The notes under the pieces: model-generated
What the model saw: only the letters and a program-made list of their open reading frames with translations
The model's database searches: none
What the model was told of the DNA's origin: nothing
Translations under genes and position numbers: made by a program
NCBI GenBank assembly: GCA_947629025.1
Contig: CANRCC010000001.1
Span: 20,955-84,954, forward strand
Direction: 5' to 3'
From: an uncultured Bacilli bacterium
GTDB taxonomy: Bacteria; Bacillota_I; Bacilli_A; RF39; UBA660
Length of the DNA: 64,000 nucleotides
In this document: positions 61,626-64,000 of the stretch, piece after piece
How the letters are laid out: each line of letters begins with the position of its first letter
How positions within the stretch are numbered: position 1 is the first letter of the stretch

Positions 61626-64000
61626 ATGGATCATAGTAGAGATAGATTAGAAGAAAATAATATTGTAGATGAAATAGAATCATCATTTATAGAATATTCT
61701 ATGAGTGTAATAGTATCACGTGCTCTTCCAGATTTAAGAGATGGTCTAAAACCTGTACATAGAAGAATTTTATGGTCAATGTATGAATCAGGATATACTC
61801 CAGATAAGCCTCATAAAAAATCAGCTCGTATTGTTGGTGATGTTATGGGTAAATATCACCCACATGGTGATTCAAGTATATATGAAGCAATGGTTCGTAT
61901 GGCTCAAGATTTCAGTTATAGAAATATGTTAGTAGATGGTCATGGAAACTTTGGTAATATAGAGGGATATGGAGCAGCTGCAATGCGTTATACTGAATCT
62001 AGATTATCAAAGATTTCACTTGAAATGCTTAGAGATATAAATAAAAATACTGTTAATTTTAAACCAAACTTTGATGAATCAGAAAAAGAACCAGAAATAT
62101 TACCATCTAGATTTCCTAATATATTAGTAAATGGAACAATGGGTATTGCAGTTGGTATGGCAACAAATATTCCACCACATAATCTAGGTGAAGTAATAGA
62201 TGGATGTATTGCATATATAGATAATCCAGAAATAGATACAACTGGATTAATGGAATATATAAAAGGGCCAGATTTTCCAACTGGAGGTATAATACTAGGT
62301 AATAGTGGAATAAAAAAAGCATATGAAACAGGAAGAGGAACTATTACAATTAGAAGTAGAGCAAGAATAGAAGAAGAAAAAGGAAAACATTTAATAATAA
62401 TAGATGAAGTTCCATATGGTGTTAATACTATGGAATTGAAAAATAAGGTAGCAGAACTTGTTCACAATAAAACAATTGATGGTATTGCAGATTATCATAC
62501 AGATTTAAAAAATGGAGTTAAAATAACAATAACTTTAAAGAAAGATGCAAATGCTCAAGTAGTTTTAAACAATTTATATAAACATACATCTTTTCAAACA
62601 AATTTTGGAATAATATTTTTAATGCTTGATCATGGTGTTCCTAAAACACTTGGTATTAAAGAAATTATATCAAAATATATTGAATATCAAAAAGAAGTTA
62701 TAATAAGAAGAACAAAATTTGATTTGGATAAAGCAGAGAAAAGAGTACATATATTAGAAGGTTTAAAAATTGCATTAGATCATATAGATGAGGTTATTAA
62801 ATTAATAAGAGGTTCAAAATCTGACGAAGAAGCAAAAAATGGTCTAATGAATAAATTTGGATTAAGTGAAGCACAAGCCGATGCAATCCTAGAAATGAAA
62901 TTAAGAAGATTAACAGGATTAGAAAGAGACAAAATTGAAAATGAACTTAATGAATTATTAGCAAGAATAAAAGAATTAAAATCAATATTAGAATCTGATG
63001 AAAAAGTTTATGCAATAATAAAAGAAGAATTATTAGAAATTAAAAATAAATATGGTGATGAGAGAAGAACATCTATAGATATGACAGCAATTGATTATAT
63101 AGAAGATGAATCATTAATACCAGTAGAAGATATTGTCGTAACTTTAACTAAAAAAGGATATATTAAAAGATTAGCAGTAGATACATATAAAGTTCAAAAT
63201 AAAGGTGGAGTAGGAGTTAAAGGAATGTCCACAAATGAAGAAGATTTTGTTGAACAATTGTTAACAATAACAACTCACGATTATGTATTATTCTTTTCAA
63301 ATAAAGGAAGAGTTTATAGAATAAAAGGATATGAAATACCAGAATTTAGTAGACAAGCAAAAGGAATACCAATAATAAATTTATTACCAATAGAAAAAGA
63401 TGAATATATAACTACATTATTGAGTATATCAAAAGAAGATGATAGTAAATACATAACTTTTGTTACTAAAAAAGGTCTTGTTAAAAGAACAAATCTATCA
63501 GAATTTGATAGCATAAGAAAGAGTGGAAAAATAGCAATATCATTAAAGGAAAATGATGAATTATTATCTGTAAATAAGACAAATGGAAAAAATGAAATAG
63601 TAATTGGAGCATCAAATGGTAGACTTGTAAGATTTAATGAAAATGAAATAAGAATAATGGGTAGAACAGCAAGTGGTGTTAAAGGAATAAATATATCTGA
63701 AGATGATATATGTGTAAGTGCTGAAAAGGTTAATGATAATAGTGATATCTTAATAATTACTGAAAATGGTTATGGAAAAAGAACTAAAATTTCTGAATAT
63801 AGACTTACTCATAGAGGAAGTAAAGGAGTAAAAGCACTAAATGTAACAGAAAAGAATGGATCATTAGTAGCAGTTAAAAATGTTAATGATGACGAAGATT
63901 TAATGATTATAACAGATAGTGGAATAATTATAAAAATTCCAATTGATCAAGTATCAAAAATGAGTAGAGTTACTCAAGGTGTTAGATTGATTAATTTAAA
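61626..64000 (+). CDS. gyrA: DNA gyrase subunit A, 3' end beyond window
   Basis: ATG 61626 behind [61 protein letters not shown]... with active-site region AAMRYTE. Not in ORF track because it has no stop inside the window. Confidence 0.95.
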   Translation, partial: MDHSRDRLEENNIVDEIESSFIEYSMSVIVSRALPDLRDGLKPVHRRILWSMYESGYTPDKPHKKSARIVGDVMGKYHPHGDSSIYEAMVRMAQDFSYRNMLVDGHGNFGNIEGYGAAAMRYTESRLSKISLEMLRDINKNTVNFKPNFDESEKEPEILPSRFPNILVNGTMGIAVGMATNIPPHNLGEVIDGCIAYIDNPEIDTTGLMEYIKGPDFPTGGIILGNSGIKKAYETGRGTITIRSRARIEEEKGKHLIIIDEVPYGVNTMELKNKVAELVHNKTIDGIADYHTDLKNGVKITITLKKDANAQVVLNNLYKHTSFQTNFGIIFLMLDHGVPKTLGIKEIISKYIEYQKEVIIRRTKFDLDKAEKRVHILEGLKIALDHIDEVIKLIRGSKSDEEAKNGLMNKFGLSEAQADAILEMKLRRLTGLERDKIENELNELLARIKELKSILESDEKVYAIIKEELLEIKNKYGDERRTSIDMTAIDYIEDESLIPVEDIVVTLTKKGYIKRLAVDTYKVQNKGGVGVKGMSTNEEDFVEQLLTITTHDYVLFFSNKGRVYRIKGYEIPEFSRQAKGIPIINLLPIEKDEYITTLLSISKEDDSKYITFVTKKGLVKRTNLSEFDSIRKSGKIAISLKENDELLSVNKTNGKNEIVIGASNGRLVRFNENEIRIMGRTASGVKGINISEDDICVSAEKVNDNSDILIITENGYGKRTKISEYRLTHRGSKGVKALNVTEKNGSLVAVKNVNDDEDLMIITDSGIIIKIPIDQVSKMSRVTQGVRLINL

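Noticed and set aside
1-64000. CRISPR arrays, tRNA or rRNA genes
   Set aside because: No regularly spaced direct repeats with unique spacers, and no GC-rich cloverleaf-like or rRNA-like segments, were seen anywhere in the window.

Overview
This 64 kb window covers the chromosomal replication-origin neighbourhood of a very AT-rich, endospore-forming, Clostridia-like Firmicute. The exact taxon cannot be called from sequence alone. Most genes run on the minus strand upstream of the origin; dnaA onward runs on the plus strand.

Housekeeping backbone, in order: uvrB (partial), ftsE-ftsX-M23 peptidase, YitT-family membrane protein, prfB carrying the classic programmed +1 frameshift, secA, hpf, a cold-shock protein, a WecA/TagO-like transferase, mreB-spoIIID-spoIIQ-like-spoIID-rpiB-rpmE-murA, spoIIR-prmC-prfA-rpoE(delta)-argS, a class A PBP, parB-rsmG-mnmG-gpsA-mnmE-jag-yidC-rnpA-rpmH, then murF-dnaA-dnaN-(comK-like)-recF-gyrB-gyrA (partial).

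Accessory or unusual content:
- About 8 kb of accessory genes inserted into the normally tight secA-prfB pair, including a previously unlisted 58-aa SEC-C-motif ORF.
- A 4-gene secreted/membrane cluster between hpf and secA, with a papain/C39-like peptidase and a catalytically dead paralog.
- An agr-type quorum-sensing locus (agrB, an unlisted 39-aa agrD, convergent agrC-membrane protein-LytTR regulator).
- An IS30-family insertion with flanking IR-like repeats, next to two compositionally atypical surface proteins.
- A ComK-family gene in the dnaN-recF slot.
- murF plus an unknown gene lying between rpmH and dnaA, with DnaA-box clusters on both sides of dnaA.
- A lone ParB homolog with no ParA partner.

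No tRNA, rRNA or CRISPR arrays were seen.
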